Origin: Eledone cirrhosa
Lineage: Eukaryota
Length of the DNA: 64,000 nucleotides
NCBI GenBank assembly: GCA_964016885.1
Contig: OZ024741.1
Coordinates: 238,948,001-239,012,000, forward strand
Reading direction: 5' to 3'
A program made the translations under genes and the position numbers. Below, in pieces: positions 53,224 through 64,000 of the stretch. The notes under the pieces are model-generated. The model searched no databases. It was not told where the DNA came from and was given only the letters and a program-made list of their open reading frames with translations. The first letter of the stretch is position 1, and every line of letters begins with the position of its first letter.

Positions 53224-53413
53224 AGAATATTTTCGAAACAGCGAGTGGGTTCGAAATTATTAGAAATGTAAGCTATCGCCGTATTTTGACTAAAGAAATG
53301 TACGTCAATACTCATCTTTTTCCATTTCTCCGAGGGTTCTTAACCCCACTATCAGGCTAAATAATTTCTTTAATTTCTTTAGTCAAAATACGGCGATAGC
53401 TTACATTTCTAAT
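53221..53413. mobile_element. Small fold-back element (41-bp arms 53259-53299 and 53373-53413, tail 53221-53258)
   Basis: attagaaatgtaagctatcgccgtattttgactaaagaaat and its exact reverse complement. Same arm-plus-tail design as the PLE fold-backs, but no clean HHR core. Confidence 0.6.
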
Positions 53414-54070
53414 CTATATATATAAAGCTGTGGTTGTCTGTCTGTCTATCGATTTTTGGCACACATCTCCTCTTAGAATCTCTGACGGAATTGCACCGAA
53501 ATTGCTATACTTGTACATTGAGCCCTAGCGAAGACATCGGAAAAAATATTTCAAATTGACCCACCCTATGTGACGAAATCGAATCTAATGTATCGATTTT
53601 TGAGCGTAAGTGACGAGTTATTTCCCTTTGTTCTGTTTACATTGAGCGTCTTACGTTCTGTTTACATTTTCTGCGTGCAAAAATAAAAAAAATTACGCTG
53701 GCTTTCTCAGCGTTTAAAATGACATTAACACAATACACGAACAGTTGTCGAGCCAGCAAAAGTTTGATCTGCAAAATTCATCAGTTCGAACACTAAGCTT
53801 CCGTTTTGCTTCATTTCCATTTAAAAGCCTTTTTAAACAATATTTTTACTTGAAAACAAGTCTATTTAAAGACTACGTAAAACAAGCAAATATTTCGTAA
53901 AAAAAAGCAAAAATTATATAAGTTTATTTAAAATATATGTATCTGTAAATTTCGTTAGGCGTGCAGACAGACAGTCGTGCAGACAGACTTTAAGCCAAAA
54001 AAGAAACTTAACATTGTAACTTTAACACAGCTACTGAGCGACCCCGAGCAACGCCGGGCTTTACTGCTAG
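53413..54070 (+). mobile_element. Non-autonomous Helitron
   Basis: 5' TCtatatatataaa..(gtct)n. 3' cccgagcaacgccggg hairpin plus CTAG at 54067-54070. Confidence 0.8.
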
Positions 54071-54123
<53 letters not shown>

Positions 54124-54127
<4 letters not shown>

Positions 54128-55118
54128 CTGAGGTACCCAGCATTGCTAGGGCTTAAGTAATACAATTGTACAATTAAGTAATACAATTGATGAAGCTCTC
54201 GGTTTTATAGGAAAACATGGTCATCGTCGGGGATGACCACTCCACAGCCAACTGGTTAATGCGACCTGCAGAGGCCTTCTATACGTCCTGTAAGATATTC
54301 TATTTGATTAAATATACGCATGTTAGCAACAAAGATGACAAAGCCTAGGGTGGGTAGGTAATTTTAAAATATCCTTACGGCCTGCGTGTCAACTGTGGCC
54401 CGTTGAAGATTTCTATTCGATTTGCAAAGGGTTCCGCCCGGTATACATTTTTGGAAAATACCCCCGCATTACCCAACTAGAGCCCATAAATCCCATTTGT
54501 CTGGGTAAAACTCAGCCCGTGGAGTGAAAATTAATTGTTATCCATCCCATTGTTGTACAACCCTCTGTCCCGCTGGAGAAAACCCTCCACTACGCATAAG
54601 TGGTGTACCTATGATGTTTGAAAAAAGCATTTGCAACATTCGATATTTGCGGTGTTTTTGCTTTATTAAGGTGCACTGGCAAAACTTTTAACACCTTATA
54701 GATACATAAATATTACACCTGTACAGTTTAAAGCAAATTGGTTGCTCATATCAGAAGAAACAAACTAAATGAAAAATAGGTTTGTGCAGCTTTTTGCCTT
54801 CCGCGATTTGTCTGGAATAATTTGTTCTGAGCCTTAAGCCATCCTTAGCACATAATTTATCTGTGTTTCAATTTTGAAGGAAGTCGGTTGGGAACTTTAA
54901 AAGTTATGGCAGAAAACAACATTCATATGAGCATTTGCATGTCCTATTGATTTATAAAAAATCGATGCAGACTGGAAATTATCTATTTTTTTTAACTTCA
55001 AAGTACGCAAGAAATCAAATGGGCATGAGAGCCACACGCGTGTCAAGTTTCATCAAGAGCGGTTTGGTAGTGTTTGAGTTTTAGGTTCACAAACAGACAG
55101 AAATTGCCATTATGTATA
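54124..55118 (-). mobile_element. Non-autonomous Helitron-like element, minus strand
   Basis: The left end ttagctgaggtacccagcattgctaggg is a decayed reverse complement of the hairpin+CTAG end. The right end is acaaacagacaga..tatgtatat. Confidence 0.6.
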
Positions 55119-55125
55119 TTCTCGT

Positions 55126-55158
<33 letters not shown>

Positions 55159-55189
55159 AATGAAAGTATATAAATATACTGTATATAAG

Positions 55190-55244
<55 letters not shown>

Positions 55245-55277
55245 TTATATGTGTGTGTATATATGTATATTTATATA

Positions 55278-56938
55278 TGAACCGTTGTGTGTTACTAGCG
55301 AGAGGCTAACCTTTGAAATTTTGAAATCGTTGAATATGAATTGTGCTGCAAATATGATGAATTATAGAACCACACTCAAGGCAGTGTGCGACAGTAGATA
55401 TTGACTTACGGCCGACCCAGGAGGGGTCACACCCGACAGTGAATGGATTACAACGTCCGGGCTCAGTAATCTACACGAAAACCACGTGGCGGACATGTAA
55501 ATAACTTAGTTGTCATTGACAGTTTTAGCCGTGAGTTTTCTATATATTCTACAGAAATTTGCACCCACTCTAATAAACCTGTTTATTATTGTAACCATAT
55601 GGCGGTGGATTGGCAGTATCGGTAGAGGGTCGGACGCCATGCTTTGCAGCAAAGAGTTACGGTCCTTTATGATCTGAGTTCAATCCCGCCGAGGTTAACT
55701 TTGCCTTTCATCCTTACGGGGTCGATAAAATAAAGTACCAGTAATGGACTGGGTAATTGCTGGCCTTGTGCCTAAAGTAGAAACAATTAATGTAACCATA
55801 TCTGCTTTTCCTTCACTCTGCCATAGATAATTCTGGAAGCGGAGTTTTCTATATACACTTTCTGTTTATGTGACGGAATAGCCATCACGATTTACATTTA
55901 CTGTGGTAAAATTGTATACGATATGATAATTTGGTTCGATGCCGACTCGGCCATACAGTGAATTTCACTTGGGACGTTGGGTTGAGTGACCGAACGTGAG
56001 GACTTTGGGAGATGGCAGTTATTGCGGACCTGTCGTGTTTTCAATTTCCTCACTGGTGTGCCGGCTGTACATATACCCTACCTTTCTTCAACTCGTCGTA
56101 CTTTATTTTATTTTAGATTTTAGGGGTTTATCACAGACTGCCTATGTGGATAAATCCCCTGGGTATATGTTTTGGAAACATAGTGTTACTTCACCTAACG
56201 CTCGGAACTGGAACCAATAGATATTGTTCATAGGGTGCTGATATGATACAAGGCGACATAACTGAAGTGCACCATCCTTCCTATAGACAATCCTACATGT
56301 AAAGCTGCACCACCGCTAACCAACTATCCTTCTCACAGACTCATGCTTGCAAGATCTCTTAATCTGCCTGTACATCCTGTATTTGCACTGCTTGTGCTTT
56401 GATGTATCTATGCTTTGCTTTGTTTGTTTGGTTTTTTGTTTCTTTGTTTTGGGGGTTTTTTTCTATTGTTTTTGATCCTGCTGAGTAACACCTTCACTCA
56501 TTCCTTGCTACCCTCTCCCAATCTCCTTGTCATCTATTGCACCATTTAAGTGATAAATTTTTGATGTAACTTTTGATGTAATTTTTTAATGACATTTTAT
56601 GACATTATGTGCGCCATGTATAGTGTCTTTTTCTATATAGTGCTGGCCTCGGGACCCCCCTGCTGGTCCTTTAACCTTGTTCTGGTGACGCAGCTTGATG
56701 GAGCATGCAACTATTGATATACTCTTGTTTATAGGCTCTGATGATTCCTGCCATAGGGTATGGATGAAACACTGTTAGCTAATAAAACAATGTATTTCTA
56801 AGCACTCTTTGGTTATTCCTAAACATATAACAGCTCTGTAGTATACTAGTTATCCTACATTGAGCTAAAACCACACTGTCATACCAAGGGCAATATATCT
56901 GCATGTCTGGGCACATTGATATACTTGTCAACAAAACT
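55278..56938 (+). mobile_element. 5'-truncated PLE with last ORF codons and a long 3' region; SINE A nested at 55601-55790
   Basis: PLCVTSERL..EILKSLN..NMMNYRTTLKAVC resembles the PLE terminal CxLC..E..IL..LN.R.E...C motif also seen at ~52690. HHR at 56735-56779. SINE TSD tgtaaccatat at 55590-55600 and 55791-55801. Confidence 0.6.
56735..56779 (+). ncRNA. Type I hammerhead ribozyme
   Basis: gct-CTGATGA-ttcctgcc atag ggtatggat-GAAA-cactg-TT-agc. Confidence 0.7.
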
Positions 56939-57049
56939 ATATATATATATATGTGTGTGTATATATGTATATATATATGTGTGTGTATATATGTATATAT
57001 ATATGTGTGCGGGAGTGTGTATATATGTTAATACATATATATGTGAGTG

Positions 57050-57725
57050 TGTCCACTCTATAACATGAAAAATATCCAACATCTCATCGCACACTCCATG
57101 GAACTACCTTAGGAACTTACCCACGAACAAACACTCACATTTTTTTTCGAACCACGCCACCTACATCCACACCACGTATAAACACAAACACACACGTGCG
57201 TACCCCCACATATACACACTCAGCCTCCGGAATCCACACGTCCTCCCCCCTCCATCCACACGCACACGCCGACTTACATCCCAAGCCACGCACACCCCTT
57301 TTCCTGAACATGGAAGCTCGTTCTTCCCCCAGCTCTCACATTCACATACACACGCACACACGTACACCTACACACATACACAAACACCACCTTCAGCCCT
57401 CCCCGCCTCCCTCTCCCAACTCCACCCGCCACCACCCCTACACGCCTCACACCCTTCCGCCACTTGTTTATTTTTATGTTTATTTTTATTTTTATTTTTA
57501 TTTGTACTTCTTCAATCGTTTTTCCTCCCTTTTCTCCCCTCCCCCCTTTTCTAAATGTCTTTCCACCATTCCTCCACACACCCTCGGAACTCACTTACTA
57601 CCCACTTTTCTCCTGATGAAGGGCTTATGCCCCAAACGCCCCCCCCCCCCCCTCTCAAAAGCATGAACCTAATAAACACTTATTTGTACTGCCTCTTTGT
57701 TTTTGTTCCCGTCTAAGTTTTAACT
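57050..57725 (+). mobile_element. C-rich PLE 3' region with a decayed HHR (57613-57640); diverged inverted homolog at ~60440-60860
   Basis: ctgatgaagggcttatgccccaaacg. The 3' end matches 27400-27520, and gaaccacgccacctacatccacaccac is shared with the reverse complement of 60800-60826. Confidence 0.7.
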
Positions 57726-58050
57726 ATATATATATATATATACATACATATATTTATGTATATATACATATATATACATACATATATATATAAATGGAAA
57801 AAATGAAATTTCATTTTATAACTCTTAGTACGGCTGATACTTAAATATAAGTATGTATACGTACATACATATATGTATACAGACGTACAGTAGTATGTAT
57901 ATATATACTACTATACATCTGTATACATACTTATATATATATATATATACATACATATATTTATGTATATATATACATATATACACATATATACATACAT
58001 ATATATATACATACATATATATATATACATATATATATATACACATTTAT

Positions 58051-58084
<34 letters not shown>

Positions 58085-58152
58085 ATATATACATATATAT
58101 ATATATACATATATATATATACACATATATATATATACACATATATATATAC

Positions 58153-58187
<35 letters not shown>

Positions 58188-58509
58188 GCGGCGATGAATT
58201 AGTTTTGCGAGGTTTTTTATATGAAATCGTGTGTCGAAACAGATATTGTTATATTTGGGGAGGGTCATATTTGCGTAATATTGCCAGAATTAATAACAGA
58301 ACACACTCACTGTTTGGTTGGTTTTCGCTTCTCGCTGTCTTTTATATATATATATCTGCGATCTAACTTACTCGGTCCTCAATGTTGCCATTGACTGACC
58401 GGCGGTCAAAAATAATACAGATACAATATAGACAAACACATATATATATAGTTTACATAAATCTTTCGTTGCACATCTGCAACATCGTCAGTGGTGTTAT
58501 ATAATATAG

Positions 58510-59645
58510 TTATAAGAACACCCCCACTAGAGAGCACTAACAAGTTTGATTTAGAACGTAGCACGATGGAAAGCATCCAGCAGATAGCTAATTCCATACA
58601 CCAGAGTATAACTGTAACTATAGACTTCCCTTCCAAACACCCTAACAATAGACTACCTGTATTAGACACAGAACTCTGGATCAACACTATAGACGAGAGA
58701 GCCCAAATTCTCCACTCACACTATGCTAAACCCATGGCCTCCAAATACCTGATACTCAAAAACTCAGCAATGTCCAGTAGTGCTAAGTTTAATATTCTGA
58801 TCGCAGATTTGGTACGAGTGATGAAGAATGTGTCCAGCATGTGCGACCCAACAGAAATGGAAGGACACATCCAACACTTCATCAACCGCATGCAGTTCTC
58901 TGGCTACAACCAAAGAGACAGAGTCAGAGTATACAAAGGAGCCATGGAAAAGTATAAGACCCTCATAGAACTGGACATGAAAGGAATTTGCCCACTATAC
59001 AGGAGCAAATCATGGAATAGCTTAGATAGGGCTAGACATAAGATAGGGAAGGCCACATCATGGTACGACAACCAGAGATATCAGAGTGTCATGTTTGTGG
59101 ACGCCACCCCTGGAGGGAAATTAGCTAACCAGTGTAGAAAGGCCCTGAGAAAGACCCACTTAAAAATAAAGGTGGTAGAAAAGCCAGGAACCACCATAAA
59201 ATCCCTGATCAGCAAAACCTACCCTTTTAAGAAAACCCACTGTACCAATAGGAAATGTATCATATGTAAGGTGAACCCCCGGATAAACTGTAAAACTAGA
59301 AACGTAGTCTATAGCATAAGATGTACAGAGGGTACTTGCAGAAACACGACAACAACATACATAGGTGAGACAGCTCGTAGCATAGGTGAAAGGATAGACC
59401 AACACTGGGGGGAACTAAAAGGACGAAAAAACGGGTCAGTACTATACGAACATGCTAGACAACATCATGACGGTAACATAGACAACATAGAAATTAGAAT
59501 AATATCTAAACATAGGAATGACCCAGCAGATAGGCAAATCAGAGAGGCCAGTGAAATAGAAATTAGAAGACCAAAGCTAAACAGAAAGAATGAGTGGAAC
59601 AACAACAACACCCAAACAAACAACACTGACCTAAGAGAAGTATAA
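58510..59645 (+). CDS. PLE ORF C-terminal part (RT thumb + GIY-YIG), uninterrupted
   Basis: LPVLDTELW, HYAKPMAS, RMQFSGY, CTNRKCIIC..C..NVVYSIRC..C..YIGETARSIGERIDQH, RQIREA..PKLN. Confidence 0.9.
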
Positions 59646-59917
59646 ATAAATAAGTAAATTAAATTAAATAAAATAAGATAAATAAATACATACACAAGCA
59701 CATAAACACACTCTAGTCACCCAGCAGACACAACACTATACACACTAGTCACACATCACACATAACACTATACACACACGCAAACGCATGCGCAAAGAAG
59801 ACAAAATAAAATAAGATAAACAAACAAGCAAATAAATAAATAAATATATAGACAGACTGAACAAAAAAAATGGCGTAGACATACAACACAACAGGAGGAA
59901 CAATGAATATAACACCA

Positions 59918-59953
59918 CTGACGATGTTGCAGATGTGCAACGAAAGATTTATG
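59918..59953 (+). ncRNA. Hammerhead core of the PLE pseudo-LTR (mirror copy ~58455-58490 on the minus strand)
   Basis: CTGACGA-t-gttgc agatgt gcaac-GAAA-gatt-TA. Stem I is weak. Confidence 0.65.
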
Positions 59954-60190
59954 TAAACTATATATATATGTGTTTGTCTATATTGTATCTGTATTATTTT
60001 TGACCGCCGGTCAGTCAATGGCAACATTGAGGACCGAGTAAGTTAGATCGCAGATATATATATATAAAAGACAGCGAGAAGCGAAAACCAACCAAACAGT
60101 GAGTGTGTTCTGTTATTAATTCTGGCAATATTACGCAAATATGACCCTCCCCAAATATAACAATATATATATATACATATATATATATAC

Positions 60191-60267
<77 letters not shown>

Positions 60268-60883
60268 TACATATATATATATATAGTTAGGGAAGCAGAA
60301 AATTGCTTTTTGTGATCCAGTTCGTGCTTAAGAAGGCCAGTTTCATGAATGGTTTCAACGTACGGTTAGGGGTAACTCCACAAGTTTGTAAGAATTCCGT
60401 TCAATTTTGGAGTATAAAGTATAAAAGAGAAAACACAGGTAAGCATTAAGAGAAGTGGTGTAAAGACATTTAAAAAAAAAAGGGGGGGGGGGGGTAATTT
60501 TTTTAGAGAGTAAAGGAAATTTTTTAAACGTACAAATAAATGTAGAAACAAAAATAAACAAGGGGTGAAAGGGTGTGAGGCGGTGGGAGGGGGGTCCGAG
60601 CAGGGAGGGCTGAAGGTGGTGTTTGTGTATGGGTGAATGTGAGAGTTGGGGGAAGAACAAAGTTCCATGTTCAGGTAAAAGGGAAACTGGTGTGTTCGTG
60701 GGGTGGGGTGGGGTGTAAGTCGGTGTGTACGTGCGTGTGGAGTCCGGAGGCTGAGTGTGTGTATGTGGGGATACGTACGTGTGTGTTTGTGTTTATATGT
60801 GGTGTGGATGTAGGTGGCGTGGTTCAAAAATAATGTAAGTGTTTGTTCGTGTGTATGTTCTTAAGATATTATATATATTTATA

Positions 60884-61073
60884 GGGCGGTGAATTGGCAG
60901 TATCAGTAGAGGGTCGAACGCCATGCTTTGACGCATAGAGTTACGGCCCTTGCCATTCTGAGTTCAAATCCCGCCAGGGTTAACTTTGTCTTTCATCCTT
61001 ATGGGGTTGATAAAATAACGTACCAGTAATACACTGGGTAATTGCTGGCCTTGTGCCAAAAGTAGAAACAATT
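60884..61073 (+). mobile_element. SINE family A, full copy
   Basis: Matches the family sequence. Confidence 0.92.
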
Positions 61074-61109
61074 ATATATATTTATATATATATATTTATA
61101 TATATATAT

Positions 61110-61619
61110 TAGGAGTAGCGATGTATACATGAATGTATGTATAGTATATTTGGCAATATAGCGTATGTTTAATTTAAAACATTTTGAAGACCTTACGTTA
61201 TCATTTTTAAAGTAGTGACTACATCACTTACTTCTTTTCGGCGAAAGAAGGCAGAGATGCTAACAGTCTGTTTCATGCTGTTTGGCAATCATCAGAGCTA
61301 CATACTGCCCTCTTCCACCGAAAATTATAGAAGTTGGATTCTTATAGAATTCCAGTAATAATCAGGAGCTGATTATACAGAGCGATTGCCGGTCCAGCAA
61401 AAATTAAGTATTAGGATTGGTGCTCTGAAATAGAGATGTATACATGAATGTATGTATAGTATATTTGGCAATATACCGTATGTTTAATTAAAAACATTTC
61501 GGCGGAAGAGGGCAGTACGTAGCTCTGATGATTGCCAAAAAGCATGAAACAGACTGTTAGCCGAAATGTTTTTAATTAAACATACGGTATATTGCCAAGT
61601 ATACTATGCATAAATTCAT
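61110..61619. mobile_element. Rearranged PLE pseudo-LTR array with HHRs at 61259-61298 (-) and 61522-61561 (+)
   Basis: gct-CTGATGA-ttgc caaaaa gcat-GAAA-cagactg-TT-agc. Direct repeat 61120-61184 / 61435-61499, with the inverted copy at 61561-61619. Confidence 0.8.
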
Positions 61620-61677
61620 ATATATATATTTATACACACACAACCAGCTGTATTATAGCCCTTACTATATAATTATA

Positions 61678-61865
61678 ATAATTGTTTCTACTTTTGGCAC
61701 AAGGCCAGCAATTACCCAGTGCATTACTGGTACTTTATTTTATCGACCCCGTAAGGATGAAAGGCAAAGTTAACCTCGGCGGGATTTGAACTCAGAATGG
61801 AAAGGGCCGTAACTCTTTGCGTCAAAGCATAGCATCCGACCCTCTACCGATACCGCCAATCCACC
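61678..61865 (-). mobile_element. SINE family A, full copy
   Basis: Reverse-complement match to the family sequence. Confidence 0.92.
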
Positions 61866-64000
61866 TTATAATAATTGTCCTTATAATAATGAAACCACTC
61901 CCTAAAGCTGTGTCATAGTTGATCCTCAGAAATATTTCCATATCTGTCCTTTCTTTATGCCTAAGTATTGCGAATATTTGTATAATAAAAGGAAGAGATG
62001 ACCCCCTTAACTTATTGTAGCACCCATTACAAAGGAATCTATTCTATCAGAAGCCTGTCACAATCAATATTTGCCCTGTGAAACCCACAGCCCTTTTGTT
62101 AATGGCTTACTAAAGTTTACTGTATATGGCATAACCATTACCACCTTCATTGTTTTTATGTCTAAACACATATGTTGGCATGGGTTGAAGAGGACCTCTG
62201 GGGGGGGGGGGGGGCACTGTTTTATAACTAGATACCTTTCCTGTTGCCAAACCTAACTTGCCTTTTTTTCATTCTAATTTAAATAACTTACTTGTTTCAC
62301 TAAGTTTTTGGAATTATTGTCTCTGGAGGACATTAAATAAATGTCACTGGTTGCTCAATTATTGTTTATACAAAGGCATACAGAAACAAGCAAGCATACA
62401 CACATGCATGTACATGCACATAAACATGCATACACTACCTCACCATACATTCCACACATACATTACATCTCACCACTCATGCACAACACACACACCACAT
62501 CAGAGCATGCACACAGACACACACACCACACACACACCACATCACAGCATGCACACACACACACTACATACACACATACCAACATACCACACCACATGTG
62601 CAACACACACCACACATGCACCAAATTACACATACCATACCACATACAAACATTTACAATGGGCTTCTGCACATTTTCCATCTACCAATTTCATTGATAA
62701 AGTATTAGTCAACCCAAGGCTATAGGTGAAAATACTTGCCTAATGTGCCACACAGTAGAATCAAATCTAAAATTAAATGGTGGCAAAGCAAACTTCTTAA
62801 ACCCACATCATAGATAAATTGATAAATTGATGCCTTGATCATAAATATATATTTTAAAATATTAAGGAAATGCCAGAAAACAAATGAAAGATTACTGTAA
62901 TAACATTCAATCACTATAAATAATAGTTGAGAAAATCAGGTAAAATACCCTTAAAGACTGAAAAACAGGGGGCAGAAGCACGTTGATGGAATTGAACCTG
63001 TACCTTTTGAATATCACTCAGTGCTTCTGTCCACATTTTTCTGTCCCTAAGTTTATTTTACACAACCTTCCAAACTATTATTTATAGTGGTAGACTGTTA
63101 TTACAGTCCTTTTCTGTGTGGGACACCCACATTTTCAAATTTCTAATTCTCCCTCTGCTCTGTATAAATCACAATACAGGAAAGAGTTGTTGGTGGAATT
63201 GAAAGGAAGACCTTTAATATCTCACATAATGAAATGAAACAGAGAAGTTCAGATCTTGAGTCATGTTAGGAGCTCCACTTACACACACACACACATGCAT
63301 AGATGCTTGTATATACACACACACATGTGCATGCATACACACATGCACACACATACACATACACAAAAAAAAAATCTTTGTGATATTTTGTTAGGATAAA
63401 GAATTGAGAGATATTTGATCACAGAAGCAGTCTGTCAGCAGCTCTTCTCTCTGATTAATATGTATTACTATCTGTTTGCTGTCCACTGCACAGCACCATG
63501 TTAGAGAAATCATCACATATCCATTGAAGTTAACCATCTTTCTTCTATATCAATAACTTTCTATGATTTTTTGCATCAGTCTTCCTGCTCCATGGAATAT
63601 ACTTGTTTACCTGTCTTGCAAAGCTTATGTATGTGTAGAAATCAATAAGTTAGCTTTTCACTTGATAACACAAATGGGATTTTAGACAATGGATTCAACT
63701 CTTTGCATGCAGGATAGATTTATATTCATAATCCAGTGAACTTTTCTCCCACAGACTTAATTAAGTCGCATCACATGAAACTGGAAAACTTTCATAAGAT
63801 GGATACCAAAATCTTTGAAAAAAATTTAGCATGAATATAAAAAAAAATCTTGCCTGAAGGGATAAATGGTTATAGTGTGTTTTAAATTATTTAGCTTGAA
63901 AGACAAGTAAAAAATATATATATATAAAACTGTTTCTAAATAAAGTTAATGCTTCACCGACTAATTTATTTTTTCATAAAAATAATGTGAAAACCTAATA

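Larger units (their letters stand above)
58187..60165 (+). mobile_element. 5'-truncated Penelope-like element with an inverted 5' pseudo-LTR
   Basis: 58245-58501 is the reverse complement of ~59907-60163. An extra tail (58187-58244) is on the inverted copy only. (TA)n flanks. Confidence 0.95.

Noticed and set aside
57050-60860. Inverted C-rich/G-rich repeats flanking the PLE at 58187-60165, as if TIRs of a composite element
   Set aside because: The copies are clearly diverged, have different extents and are separated by (TA)n. Independent insertions of one family explain them better.
512-62725. Dozens of ORFs rich in YI/IY, HT, CV or RE repeats
   Set aside because: They are translations of (TA)n, (CA)n, (GT)n and (GA)n microsatellites, which lack stop codons. 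They are not genes.

Overview
AT-rich, repeat-dominated eukaryotic DNA. The dense (TA)n, (CA)n, (CAT)n and (TAA)n microsatellites and the tRNA-derived SINE families suggest a coleoid cephalopod such as octopus (inference). Almost all ORFs in the track are microsatellite noise. The real coding remnants are retroelements: RTE-clade LINE fragments, one R4/Dong-type restriction-like-endonuclease element, and several Penelope-like elements (PLEs; RT + GIY-YIG), one with an uninterrupted ~510-aa ORF. Non-autonomous Helitrons and many SINE copies are also present. The most striking signal is about 15 type-I hammerhead-ribozyme (HHR) motifs (stemI-CTGANGA-stemII-GAAA-short stemIII-TH-stemI') from roughly a dozen unrelated PLE 3'/pseudo-LTR sequences. 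Nearly all lie between (TA)n tracts. Many are fold-back palindromes with one tailed and one tail-less arm, and several have non-canonical cores. A few weak candidate host exons lie on the minus strand around 36.5-42.4 kb.
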